Source of the DNA: Deltaproteobacteria bacterium TL4 | Lineage (GTDB): Bacteria > SAR324 > NAC60-12 | Assembly: GCA_051382335.1 (NCBI GenBank) | Contig: JBBCAX010000041.1 | Location: forward strand, 1-31,254 | Direction: 5' to 3' | Length of the DNA: 31,254 bases | Shown: piece by piece, positions 8,803 through 17,589 of the stretch | Position numbering within the stretch: the stretch's first letter is position 1 | Layout of the letters: each line of letters begins with the position of its first letter | Notes under the pieces: model-generated | What the model was told of the DNA's origin: nothing | Database searches by the model: none | What the model saw: the letters and a program-made list of their open reading frames with translations, nothing else | Made by a program: the position numbers and the translations under genes

Positions 8803-10110
8803 ATGGTTATTTCTCAAGAGAGTGAACCACCGCATCATATTCTGGTTGTGGATGATGATCGGATGGTCTGCACAATACTGGTTGAAGCTCTGACAAGCCT
8901 CACCAATGTTGTAGATACTGCTGGAAATGGCATAGAAGCCTTGGAGCGTTTGCAGCAAAAGACGTATGATCTGATGATTGTAGACATGAATATGCCCAAA
9001 ATGGGAGGAGAGGAACTCATTCGAACCGTTCACAATAAAGGCTGGGACATCGCGTTAATTGTATTCACAGGTCATGCGTCTTTTGATGAAGGATTTACGC
9101 TTTTAGAAAAATACCATATTTCTGACTTCCTCCAAAAACCGGTGTTGCCCACACAGCTACGCTTCACAGTAAAAAATGTATTGGAAAAACAGGAACTTTA
9201 CCGTAAAGTTAAAAACTATGCGGAGCAACTTAGAGACTCTAATGAGCAATTGGAAGAGCGGGTTTATGAACGGACAAAAGAGTTAGAATCCAGTTTACAA
9301 GTTCAGATGATCCTGACCAATAATCTTTTACAAATTACGGAAAAACTCAAAGCCGCCAAAAGCCAAATTGATGAAGATCTGGCACAAGCCCGCTATACGC
9401 AGCAGTCCCTTTTAACCAAACCTAAAACGCCTTTATCCAAAATCAAACTGGCCTCTAAATATATTCCCATGAGTGAAGTGGGTGGCGATTATTATGATAT
9501 TGTCAACTTATCAAAAGATCAATTGGGTATCTTCATCGCGGATACGACCGGTCATGGAATTTCTGCCGCACTTTTGGCCGCCATGCTTTCCGCCTTGTTT
9601 AAGATGGCCGCTTCCGAATCAAAATCTCCATGTGACACCTTGAGAATTCTGGACAAAGCCCTCAAAGGAAAGATTCCACCTGATAAATTTGTTTCTGCTT
9701 TTTACTGTATCTATGATGAAAAACACCAAACGTTGAGTTATGCGTCCGCAGGTCACCCGCCGATATACCTGCTTCGACATAAAACACAGGAAATTATTCC
9801 CTTGAAAACACGGGGATCGATCTTGGGCATCCAACTTCAAACCCATCTTGCTGAAGAAAACACCACGACCTCGTTTCTTCCTGGCGATAAACTTTTTTTA
9901 TACACTGATGGCATCATCGAAGCAACCAACTCCAAACTTGAGATGTTTGGAGAACAACGCTTAAAACATTATTTGTGGCAGTACATCCACTTACCTATTG
10001 ATGAGCTGCTTGAAGTCCTTTATCATACCATTTTGAAGTACTCAGAAAGTGATGAGCAGCAGCTTGAGGATGATGTCACTTTACTGGGAATGGAAGTTAA
10101 AATGGATTGA
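8803..10110 (+). CDS. Response regulator receiver plus PP2C/SpoIIE phosphatase (RsbU/RsbP-like)
   Basis: REC (LVVDDD, IVDMNMPKMGG, QKP), coiled coil, then VGGDYYD, IADTTGHG, SAGHPP, LYTDGIIEA, DDVTLL. Confidence 0.92.
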   Translation: MVISQESEPPHHILVVDDDRMVCTILVEALTSLTNVVDTAGNGIEALERLQQKTYDLMIVDMNMPKMGGEELIRTVHNKGWDIALIVFTGHASFDEGFTLLEKYHISDFLQKPVLPTQLRFTVKNVLEKQELYRKVKNYAEQLRDSNEQLEERVYERTKELESSLQVQMILTNNLLQITEKLKAAKSQIDEDLAQARYTQQSLLTKPKTPLSKIKLASKYIPMSEVGGDYYDIVNLSKDQLGIFIADTTGHGISAALLAAMLSALFKMAASESKSPCDTLRILDKALKGKIPPDKFVSAFYCIYDEKHQTLSYASAGHPPIYLLRHKTQEIIPLKTRGSILGIQLQTHLAEENTTTSFLPGDKLFLYTDGIIEATNSKLEMFGEQRLKHYLWQYIHLPIDELLEVLYHTILKYSESDEQQLEDDVTLLGMEVKMD

Positions 10111-10192
10111 GCCTACCTTGTATCCAGGAGCACTTTGATACTTTTCTGACTATTTGAATATAACAATCAAACTTTCAATTAAAAGTTGTACT

Positions 10193-12373
10193 ATGGATAC
10201 CAAAATTCTAAAAAAACTTTTCATTTCTTTGGTTTTATCCGCAATCAGCATCAGCCTTGCGTTGTCTCTTTATTATGCCGGAAAGTTAGAATCTCTGGAA
10301 ATGAACACCTTTGATTTCCGAATGCAAGCTCGAACGGAGCATATTGAAGCACACCCCGATGTGGTGATGCTGATGATTGATGAAGCCTCGTTACAATCCA
10401 TTCAATCCTTGGTGGGACGTTGGCCCTGGCCCCGAACTTTGTTTGCCGAACTGGTGGAATTTTTAACACAGGCCGAAGCGAAAGCCATACTCTTCGACGT
10501 CTTGTTCACAGAACCTCAAGTTCCTCGATCTCCTGAAGGAGAACTCGGCGCGGATGACATGATGCTGGCAAGCAGTACGGCCGGCAGCGGGGCGACTTTT
10601 CATGCGACACAATTCGTTAAAGATGTGGAAGATTCGGTCAATAAGTCTTTGTTAAACAGACCCTTGCCTGAAGATTTTACCGAAATGTTCGCGCTGCGAA
10701 ACCTTCAACAGGACCCCTCGGCCGCCCTTCCCGAGTATAACAATTATTATTTACCGATAACGGAATATTATCAATCCTCCCTAGGGGTTGGGGTTGTGGA
10801 ATTTTCTTCCGACAAAGACGGGATTTATCGACGATCTCACTTAATCCGGAAGTATGGAGAACACGCGTTTCCTGTGCTTTCGCTTTCACTCATGCAGCAA
10901 ATTTTGGGTGTAAAACAAATGAAGTTGAGTGCCAGAAGTTTGTTTCTTGATAACCTGAGAATTCCCTTACAAAAAGATGGTTCCTATTTGATCAATATGA
11001 AACGGAAATTCACCACTTATTCTCTGGGAGGCGTCTTTTCGACGATGCAAAAACTAAACAAAGGTCAAAGGGCAGGGGCGCTGCTTGATCCTGTCATTTT
11101 TCAAAATAAAATTGTCTTGATTGGCGCAAGTGCCGCGGGAGTGGAGGACTTAAAGCATACCTCCATGGGAAGTAATGTGCCTGGGGTTTTATTGCATGGC
11201 TCCATTATCAGCAACATCCTTCAGGAAGACTTTATTAAAAACGTTCCTGACTGGGTGATGATCCTTTCTGTGTTGGGACTGAGTTTTCTCACCGTCTCGA
11301 TGGTTCTATTGCTGAATCACGTTTTTTTTCAAGTCTTGGGTCCCCTCATGATCGCGATCGGATTTTCAATGTTCAGCCTCTGGATTTTTCTCCAATACCA
11401 GATCTGGATTCCCATGATTCCGCCCTTGCTGGCATGGTCCTTATCCTTTGTTGAAGTATTCGGCTTTTTATCCGCTACGGAGGGTCGAGAGAAGCGGTTT
11501 ATCAAGGGCGCCTTTCAACAATATCTTTCTCCCGCGGTGATCCATAATTTGATGGAAAATCCCGGACAACTCACTTTAGGCGGAGAAGAAAAAGAGCTGA
11601 CCGCCATGTTTTCCGATGTTAAAGGGTTTTCAACAATTTCAGAAATGTTAACCCCTACCGAATTAGTCAGTCTCCTGAATGAATATCTCAGTGAAATGAC
11701 AGAAATCATCATGAAATATGATGGCACCGTCGATAAATTTGAAGGTGATGCCATCATCGCTTTTTTTGGAGCGCCATTCTACCTGCAAGACCATGCGAAA
11801 CGTGCGGCACTGGTCATGCTGGAAATGCAAAACCGCCTTGCGCAGCTCCGGGATGGTTGGAAAGAAAAATGGGGCGTTAATATTCATCACCGCATCGGTG
11901 TCAATACAGGAATGATGGTTGTTGGAAATATGGGCAGCCGAAACCGTTTTGACTATACCATTATGGGAAACTCCGTAAATCTGGCGGCCCGTTTGGAAGG
12001 TGTCAATAAAATGTATGGGACCGATTTAATCATCAGTGAAATGACTTACGAACAGTGCCGTGACGCCGTGGTTACGCGGGAACTCGATTTAATCAGGGTC
12101 ATTGGAATCCATAAACCTGTTCGTATTCACGAACTTGTGAGTCGTCAGGGTGAACTTTCGCTACACCTGATTAAAGCTTACGGCTTATATGCTGAAGCCC
12201 TTGAGGCGTATCGTCAACAACGATGGAGTGACGCCCTCACCACCTTCAAACAGGTACTGGCGATGATCCCCGAGGATGGTCCCTCCAAAGTCCTCATCCA
12301 ACGCTGTGAGCATTATTTGAAAGAACCTCCTGCTCCTAATTGGGACGGTGTTTATACGGCAACCAGTAAGTAG
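10193..12373 (+). CDS. CHASE2-domain class III adenylate cyclase with C-terminal TPR-like tail
   Basis: N-terminal TM; CHASE2 (IDEASL, GRWPWPR, FDVLF, DKDGIYR, PGVLLH); three TMs; catalytic FSDVKGFS, DKFEGDA, DYTIMGNSVNLAARLEG (Lys/Asp pair typical of ATP specificity). ATG 10193 chosen over TTG 10154. Confidence 0.9.
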   Translation: MDTKILKKLFISLVLSAISISLALSLYYAGKLESLEMNTFDFRMQARTEHIEAHPDVVMLMIDEASLQSIQSLVGRWPWPRTLFAELVEFLTQAEAKAILFDVLFTEPQVPRSPEGELGADDMMLASSTAGSGATFHATQFVKDVEDSVNKSLLNRPLPEDFTEMFALRNLQQDPSAALPEYNNYYLPITEYYQSSLGVGVVEFSSDKDGIYRRSHLIRKYGEHAFPVLSLSLMQQILGVKQMKLSARSLFLDNLRIPLQKDGSYLINMKRKFTTYSLGGVFSTMQKLNKGQRAGALLDPVIFQNKIVLIGASAAGVEDLKHTSMGSNVPGVLLHGSIISNILQEDFIKNVPDWVMILSVLGLSFLTVSMVLLLNHVFFQVLGPLMIAIGFSMFSLWIFLQYQIWIPMIPPLLAWSLSFVEVFGFLSATEGREKRFIKGAFQQYLSPAVIHNLMENPGQLTLGGEEKELTAMFSDVKGFSTISEMLTPTELVSLLNEYLSEMTEIIMKYDGTVDKFEGDAIIAFFGAPFYLQDHAKRAALVMLEMQNRLAQLRDGWKEKWGVNIHHRIGVNTGMMVVGNMGSRNRFDYTIMGNSVNLAARLEGVNKMYGTDLIISEMTYEQCRDAVVTRELDLIRVIGIHKPVRIHELVSRQGELSLHLIKAYGLYAEALEAYRQQRWSDALTTFKQVLAMIPEDGPSKVLIQRCEHYLKEPPAPNWDGVYTATSK

Positions 12374-12432
12374 TTCTCAACGTTTTCCCTTTCGTTTTGA
12401 AGTGTTTGAGGCCTCCCAAGGGGATCGTGTTT

Positions 12433-14421
12433 TTAGGGGGAGTCGTTAGATCGAGCTAAAGCCACGGGGAGTTTTACCGTAAAGCGAGAATAGTGACCCA
12501 CTTCTGATTCCACCGTTATTTGCCCTCCATGACTCAGAACAATGCGTTTACAGATGGCTAACCCCATTCCCAAACCAAAGCCTGTTCCTCTTTTAGTCGT
12601 CACGTGCATCTCAAAAATAGCATGGATCAATTCCGGAGGAATCCCTGAACCATTATCCTCAAAAGTAATCGCCACATGCTTGGCTTTAAAATCTTTTGAC
12701 GATTTATTTAATTGGGTCCTGATCGTTAGTTTTCCGTGCGGCCCCATAGCGTCTGTAGCGTTGGAAATGAGATTGGTCCAGACTTGATTCAACTGTGCGG
12801 GAAAACATTCGACTAAAGGCAGGGTGTCATAGATTTTAACGACTTCCAATTGCTTTAATTTATTGGAAAAAATCATCAACGTGTCTTCAATGCCCTCATG
12901 GATATCGACTTTGGCCGTGGTTTCACTATCAAGCCTGGCATAGTTTTTAAGTCCCTTAACAATAGCCGCAATTCGTGTACTGCACGAGTTGATGTTCCGC
13001 AAAAAACTGCCGACCTGATAGAAATGATCCAATTGCTCCACAACGGCATCTATCTGCTTTCCAAGAGGTTTGAAATATTTCTGATAACTCGCGTCATCAT
13101 CCATTTTAAACTGAACAATCATTTTTGCTGTATTTGCGGAATTATAACGGGATTGTGCCTTTTTTGTTTGTTCGCGAACTTCCGCGGTTGATAACGGAGT
13201 CACATTCAAGGCTTTTCCCAAAACGAGGTTCCCCAGCACGGAAAGGTTGTTCTCATCCTGAATGGCCGTAATCATGGGAAGGTGAGTATGTAAATGTTCC
13301 ACACTTCTTAAAATGGCGGCAACCGGGTTGTTGAGTTCATGAGCAATTCCCGCCACCAGTTGACCCAAGGTCGCCATTTTTTCAGCTTCCGCAAGCTGAA
13401 GTTGAGTGGCTTCCAACCGATCCAAAGTTTCACGAAGTTCAATGCCGATATCAATAGAGGCTGAAAATCGTGTGTATAACCCTCGCAATAAGGTGTTTGA
13501 AAACAGGGTTAAAAACAGGGGACTTTCCTGCATCACTTTTTCGATAATCGGTTTTGTGAGGATAATCACTTCCACTTTGGTTAAAGCCTGACACGAAGTA
13601 AACGCGGGTTTCCCACTCAAAAAGGACATGATGCCTAAAATTTTACGTTCGCCTTCTTTCAAGACATCATAGACATTTCCATCCGCATGCATTTTTTGAT
13701 GAACCAAATGACCTGTTTTTACAAACCATAACGCGTCATTGGGCTGCCCTTCGCGCAGCAGAATAGCCCCGGGAAGAAACGTTCGGAAGAAAGATTCAGG
13801 AGCTTTCTTGGAGTATTTTAAAATTTCTGCGATTAATTGATCCCATATCTCTTCATCCAGATGATTCGATTGATCAAAGATACTGTTTTGTAAGGATTTT
13901 ACCTGTTTATCTAACTTTTTCCGCTTCTGTTCTGAAAACACAAAAGCTTGACTCAATTTTTCGGAATTAATGAGTTTTTGGTAATAATGCACCTGCTCGG
14001 GCTCATGTCTGATAAAATATTCGGTCAGTAAATCTTCAATCACCTGAATCAACTCTTTAGGGTTCCAAGGCTTAGTCAAACACCGGTTGACTGCGGACTG
14101 GTTAATGCCAGCAATCACATCTTCGTAACTGGCCTGTCCACTGAGCAAAATCGTACTGATCTTTTTAAAACGTGGATCGGCTTTGAGCTGAATAAAAAAT
14201 TCGACCCCATTACTTTGAGGCATCACATAATCACTGATGACAATCACCACTTCCGTCCCTGAACGATGCAACGCCTGCATTAAGTCAAAGGCCTCCGAAG
14301 TACTTTCACACGTTTCAACAATCAGGGAAGAGCCGCAATAATTAGCGATATCTTGTGTTAAACCGTCCAAGACTTCTCGCTCATCATCAATCAAGAGGAT
14401 GGCCATTTCTTTTTTTTTCAT
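12433..14421 (-). CDS. Cytoplasmic histidine kinase with N-terminal receiver and cNMP-binding-like domain
   Basis: REC (LIDDE, ISDYVMP, TKPW); cNMP-like (LLREGQPNDALWFVKTG); EKMATLGQLVAGIAHELNNP; NQVWTNLISNA, DNGSGI, GLGMGL. Confidence 0.9.
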   Translation of the reverse strand: MKKKEMAILLIDDEREVLDGLTQDIANYCGSSLIVETCESTSEAFDLMQALHRSGTEVVIVISDYVMPQSNGVEFFIQLKADPRFKKISTILLSGQASYEDVIAGINQSAVNRCLTKPWNPKELIQVIEDLLTEYFIRHEPEQVHYYQKLINSEKLSQAFVFSEQKRKKLDKQVKSLQNSIFDQSNHLDEEIWDQLIAEILKYSKKAPESFFRTFLPGAILLREGQPNDALWFVKTGHLVHQKMHADGNVYDVLKEGERKILGIMSFLSGKPAFTSCQALTKVEVIILTKPIIEKVMQESPLFLTLFSNTLLRGLYTRFSASIDIGIELRETLDRLEATQLQLAEAEKMATLGQLVAGIAHELNNPVAAILRSVEHLHTHLPMITAIQDENNLSVLGNLVLGKALNVTPLSTAEVREQTKKAQSRYNSANTAKMIVQFKMDDDASYQKYFKPLGKQIDAVVEQLDHFYQVGSFLRNINSCSTRIAAIVKGLKNYARLDSETTAKVDIHEGIEDTLMIFSNKLKQLEVVKIYDTLPLVECFPAQLNQVWTNLISNATDAMGPHGKLTIRTQLNKSSKDFKAKHVAITFEDNGSGIPPELIHAIFEMHVTTKRGTGFGLGMGLAICKRIVLSHGGQITVESEVGHYSRFTVKLPVALARSNDSP

Positions 14422-14480
14422 AAGGTTTCCAATAAAAAAAGTGAGTGGGATTCTTTTCTGTGGTACGAGTTGGCAGTAAA

Positions 14481-15299
14481 TTAATCGGACGGGAGATAGA
14501 AAAGCCAGGAACCATAGCCAACCACCCTGGAATGATCACCTGCAGTATCACCGGAATTACGGAGATCCAAACGACGGACTTGAAGTTTAAAGTGTTTGGC
14601 TGCGGCAAGTAAACCTCGGACAGGATAATAACCGCAGGCGCCCTCATGTCGCAAGGCCTCGATCTCAAAAGACTCAATCGCTTCCGCCGTTTTTAAATCG
14701 AGTTTCTGTGCAGTGCTATAGTTTTCGAAATGACTTAAATCCGAGCTGATGACAAGCAACGTCTCTTCGCCACCCCACACATGCTGTAAGACTTGGGCCA
14801 CTTCAGCAGGGGTGCTTGTTCCAACCACCAGAGGCAGTAAAACAAAATCCCGGAGTGTTTCCTGTAAAAAAGGCAAATGAACTTCCAGGCTATGCTCTTG
14901 TTCATGCGCATCATCCCGCTGATTGACCCAGGAGTATTGCTGTGTCAATTCCTGGAGTGTTTGAATTTCAAGTGGAATTTTTCCTAAAGGCGTAAGAAAA
15001 TGAGTTGCGGAAGGCACCCCCATTCCCTGGAGATAAACACGATGAGCAGGACCTAACAGCACAACCCTGCTGATTTTCTCCTTTAAGGGTAAAAGTGTTT
15101 TGTAAGCCGTTGCCGCAATCGGCCCCGAGTAAACATAACCCGCATGAGGCGCAATGAGCGCTTTAGGAATAGCCTCAGAAAAAGCTGAAGCTTCGCTAAG
15201 CAATTGCTGAACCTGCCTGCGTAAAACGTTCGGGTCGCCCGGATAAAAAGCATTCGCGACCGCAGGAGGACGGACACGAGAGGAGGAAGTGTGGCTCAT
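14481..15299 (-). CDS. amrB: AmmeMemoRadiSam system protein B (MEMO1 family)
   Basis: VRPPAVANAFYP, PHAGYVYSG, LGPAH, EHSLEVHLPFLQ, SSDLSHF, ACG, NSGDTAGDHSRVVGY. Confidence 0.92.
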   Translation of the reverse strand: MSHTSSSRVRPPAVANAFYPGDPNVLRRQVQQLLSEASAFSEAIPKALIAPHAGYVYSGPIAATAYKTLLPLKEKISRVVLLGPAHRVYLQGMGVPSATHFLTPLGKIPLEIQTLQELTQQYSWVNQRDDAHEQEHSLEVHLPFLQETLRDFVLLPLVVGTSTPAEVAQVLQHVWGGEETLLVISSDLSHFENYSTAQKLDLKTAEAIESFEIEALRHEGACGYYPVRGLLAAAKHFKLQVRRLDLRNSGDTAGDHSRVVGYGSWLFYLPSD

Positions 15300-15350
15300 A
15301 ATGACCTTTACAACGGTTTGTTAAAGACAAAGCGAGTAAGAATTGATCTT

Positions 15351-17432
15351 TTAATCATTATCCATATTGGTTGCGGAAACATCAGCAGGTTTGAGTTTAT
15401 TGTATTTGAAATCTGAGGTCGATTGATCTGCGTCAATAACGATCGTATAACCAATATTACCATCAACATCCAGATCGTCAACACCTGTTACCGTGACGAT
15501 TTGTGTGGTATTCCAATCCGCCGAAGTAAAGAACAGACTACTCGGAGAAACAGTGCCTTCACTGGTATCACTGCTTGAAACGGCCAGAGTCACCATCGCC
15601 GTAGGTTCGCTCTTCAGTTTCACCGTAAATGTTGCGGTTCCACCGAGCTCCGTAGTATTCCCGCTTATAGCACTAAGCGTAAATCCAGCGCTATCGTCAT
15701 TGACATTGGTCACCACCACACCGACATGACTTAGCCCCTGATAATTTGAGTCAGCAGACGCGGCAGAACCAAAAATGATGGTATAATTCTGATTTCCATC
15801 ATCGATAGCATCATTCACTCCGGTTACCGTAATGATTCTCGCCGTATTCCAATCCGCAGGATCATCCATTTCCGCTTTGAAGGTGAGACTGGAGGGAGAA
15901 ACCGTACCTTCCGTCGTATCACTGCTGGAAACAAAGACCTGAACATTATTCCTGGGAGGAGTATTGAGCCTCACCGTAAACGTTGCGATTATACCCGATT
16001 CTGCGGTATTGCCACTGATGCCGCTCACCGTAAACCCTGGAGAGAGATCCTGGTTGACAACAGTAACATCACTTGGATTCAAGGAGTTATACCGGGCATC
16101 CGTAGAGACCGCAGGATCCAGAATAATGGAATAAGTCTGATCTCCATCCACCAGTTCATCATTAATCCCCAAGACAGTAACGGTCTGAGGTTCATTCCAG
16201 GCGGCTGCGGTAAACGTCAACGTCAAGTCGGTCACGCCCACACCGTCTTTTAAGACCTTCCCTTCACTCACGTCACTACTGGTTACTTTGACCTGAACAT
16301 TTGTGGCTGTAGCGGGTTGACTGGTTAATACCACAGTAAACGTTGCCTTGGCTCCGGCTTCTGAGGTGTTTCCGCTGATGGCACTCACCGTGAATCCCGG
16401 GGTATCATCATCGGTGTTGATCACGTTCACACTTGCGGGTGTCAAGACAGCATAATCCGCATCATTGGTGACAATGGATCCCAAGTTGATTTTATAAGCT
16501 TGCTTCCCATCGGCTTCATTGTCATTAATCCCTGTGACTGTAACCGTCTGGATCGTATTCCAGTTAACAGGCGTGAAGGTAAGACTCGGAGGCAGCACGG
16601 TTCCTTCGCTCTCGTCAGAACTTGTCATGAAAATTGTAACATTATCTGTGGGAATACTGTTCAAACGGACCGAAAATGTCGCGGTCCCAGCGGCTTCAGT
16701 GGTGAACGTACTGATTGCGCTGACATTAAAACGGGCAATATCATTATCAGTGTTAATGACAGTGACATCCTCCGGATCATGCGAGTTATAGTTGGGGTCC
16801 TCAGAAGAAGCGGGTCCTAAAATCACGGTATAGGTCTGATCTCCATCTTTAAACGAATTATCTTTTCCATAAACCGTGAGGGTCTGCTCCGCGTTCCAGT
16901 TAAACTCAGTAAAAAGAACGCTTTCAGGAGAAACCGTACCCCTTGTTGGGTCACTGCTCGAAACCGGGATGGTGACAGTCATTCCTTCCGCGGGTTTGCT
17001 GTTTAAGCCTAAAGTAAAGGTCGCGCTTCCACCAGCTTCGGTCGTGGGGCCACTGATGGGACCCACACGAAATTTAGAAATAAGCAGCATTTCAATATTC
17101 AAAACCGTGGTCCCACGGCCGATTTCAACTTGCCCTGTAAAATCCACATAACCTTCCTTCCGAGCAACAATGGTGTAGGTCTCTCTCTCAATCTCTTCAA
17201 AAACATACGTTCCACTTTCCACAGTTGCCACATCATCCAAATCTCCAAAAGAAATAACCACGCCCGCCAGCAGCATCCCGTTGGACGCGTCTGTGATCAC
17301 CCCCCTCAGTTTTCCCTTATCCGTTGACGAAACAGCCTCATTCGAAGTTGACGAGTCGTTGCTGGAACAGCTATACTGAAACAGAGCCATCAGGATGAAT
17401 CCTATCGAAAGCATAAAGTATAGTTTTTTCAT
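15351..17432 (-). CDS. Putative surface lipoprotein: carboxypeptidase-regulatory-like beta domain plus 5 Calx-beta-like repeats
   Basis: Signal peptide ending FQYS-C; LRGVITDA...GTYVF...YTIVARKEGY domain; five repeats of about 115 aa (TxExGxxATFTVxLxSxP...SSDxxEGTVSP...FTxxNWNxxQTVTVxGxxD...DGxQxY...NxDND). Confidence 0.8.
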   Translation of the reverse strand: MKKLYFMLSIGFILMALFQYSCSSNDSSTSNEAVSSTDKGKLRGVITDASNGMLLAGVVISFGDLDDVATVESGTYVFEEIERETYTIVARKEGYVDFTGQVEIGRGTTVLNIEMLLISKFRVGPISGPTTEAGGSATFTLGLNSKPAEGMTVTIPVSSSDPTRGTVSPESVLFTEFNWNAEQTLTVYGKDNSFKDGDQTYTVILGPASSEDPNYNSHDPEDVTVINTDNDIARFNVSAISTFTTEAAGTATFSVRLNSIPTDNVTIFMTSSDESEGTVLPPSLTFTPVNWNTIQTVTVTGINDNEADGKQAYKINLGSIVTNDADYAVLTPASVNVINTDDDTPGFTVSAISGNTSEAGAKATFTVVLTSQPATATNVQVKVTSSDVSEGKVLKDGVGVTDLTLTFTAAAWNEPQTVTVLGINDELVDGDQTYSIILDPAVSTDARYNSLNPSDVTVVNQDLSPGFTVSGISGNTAESGIIATFTVRLNTPPRNNVQVFVSSSDTTEGTVSPSSLTFKAEMDDPADWNTARIITVTGVNDAIDDGNQNYTIIFGSAASADSNYQGLSHVGVVVTNVNDDSAGFTLSAISGNTTELGGTATFTVKLKSEPTAMVTLAVSSSDTSEGTVSPSSLFFTSADWNTTQIVTVTGVDDLDVDGNIGYTIVIDADQSTSDFKYNKLKPADVSATNMDND

Positions 17433-17589
17433 AACTCAATCCCGTTTAGAAATTCAAAAATAAAATCGGTAAGGTTGAGGTCCCTTACTTGATTGTGACA
17501 ATAATAAAACGTTTTGTTAATAGAAATTTTCTGAGAGTTACTAATCATTTTTTAGTGTTCTTCAAGACCTAGCGCCAGGTGTTCGTCAT

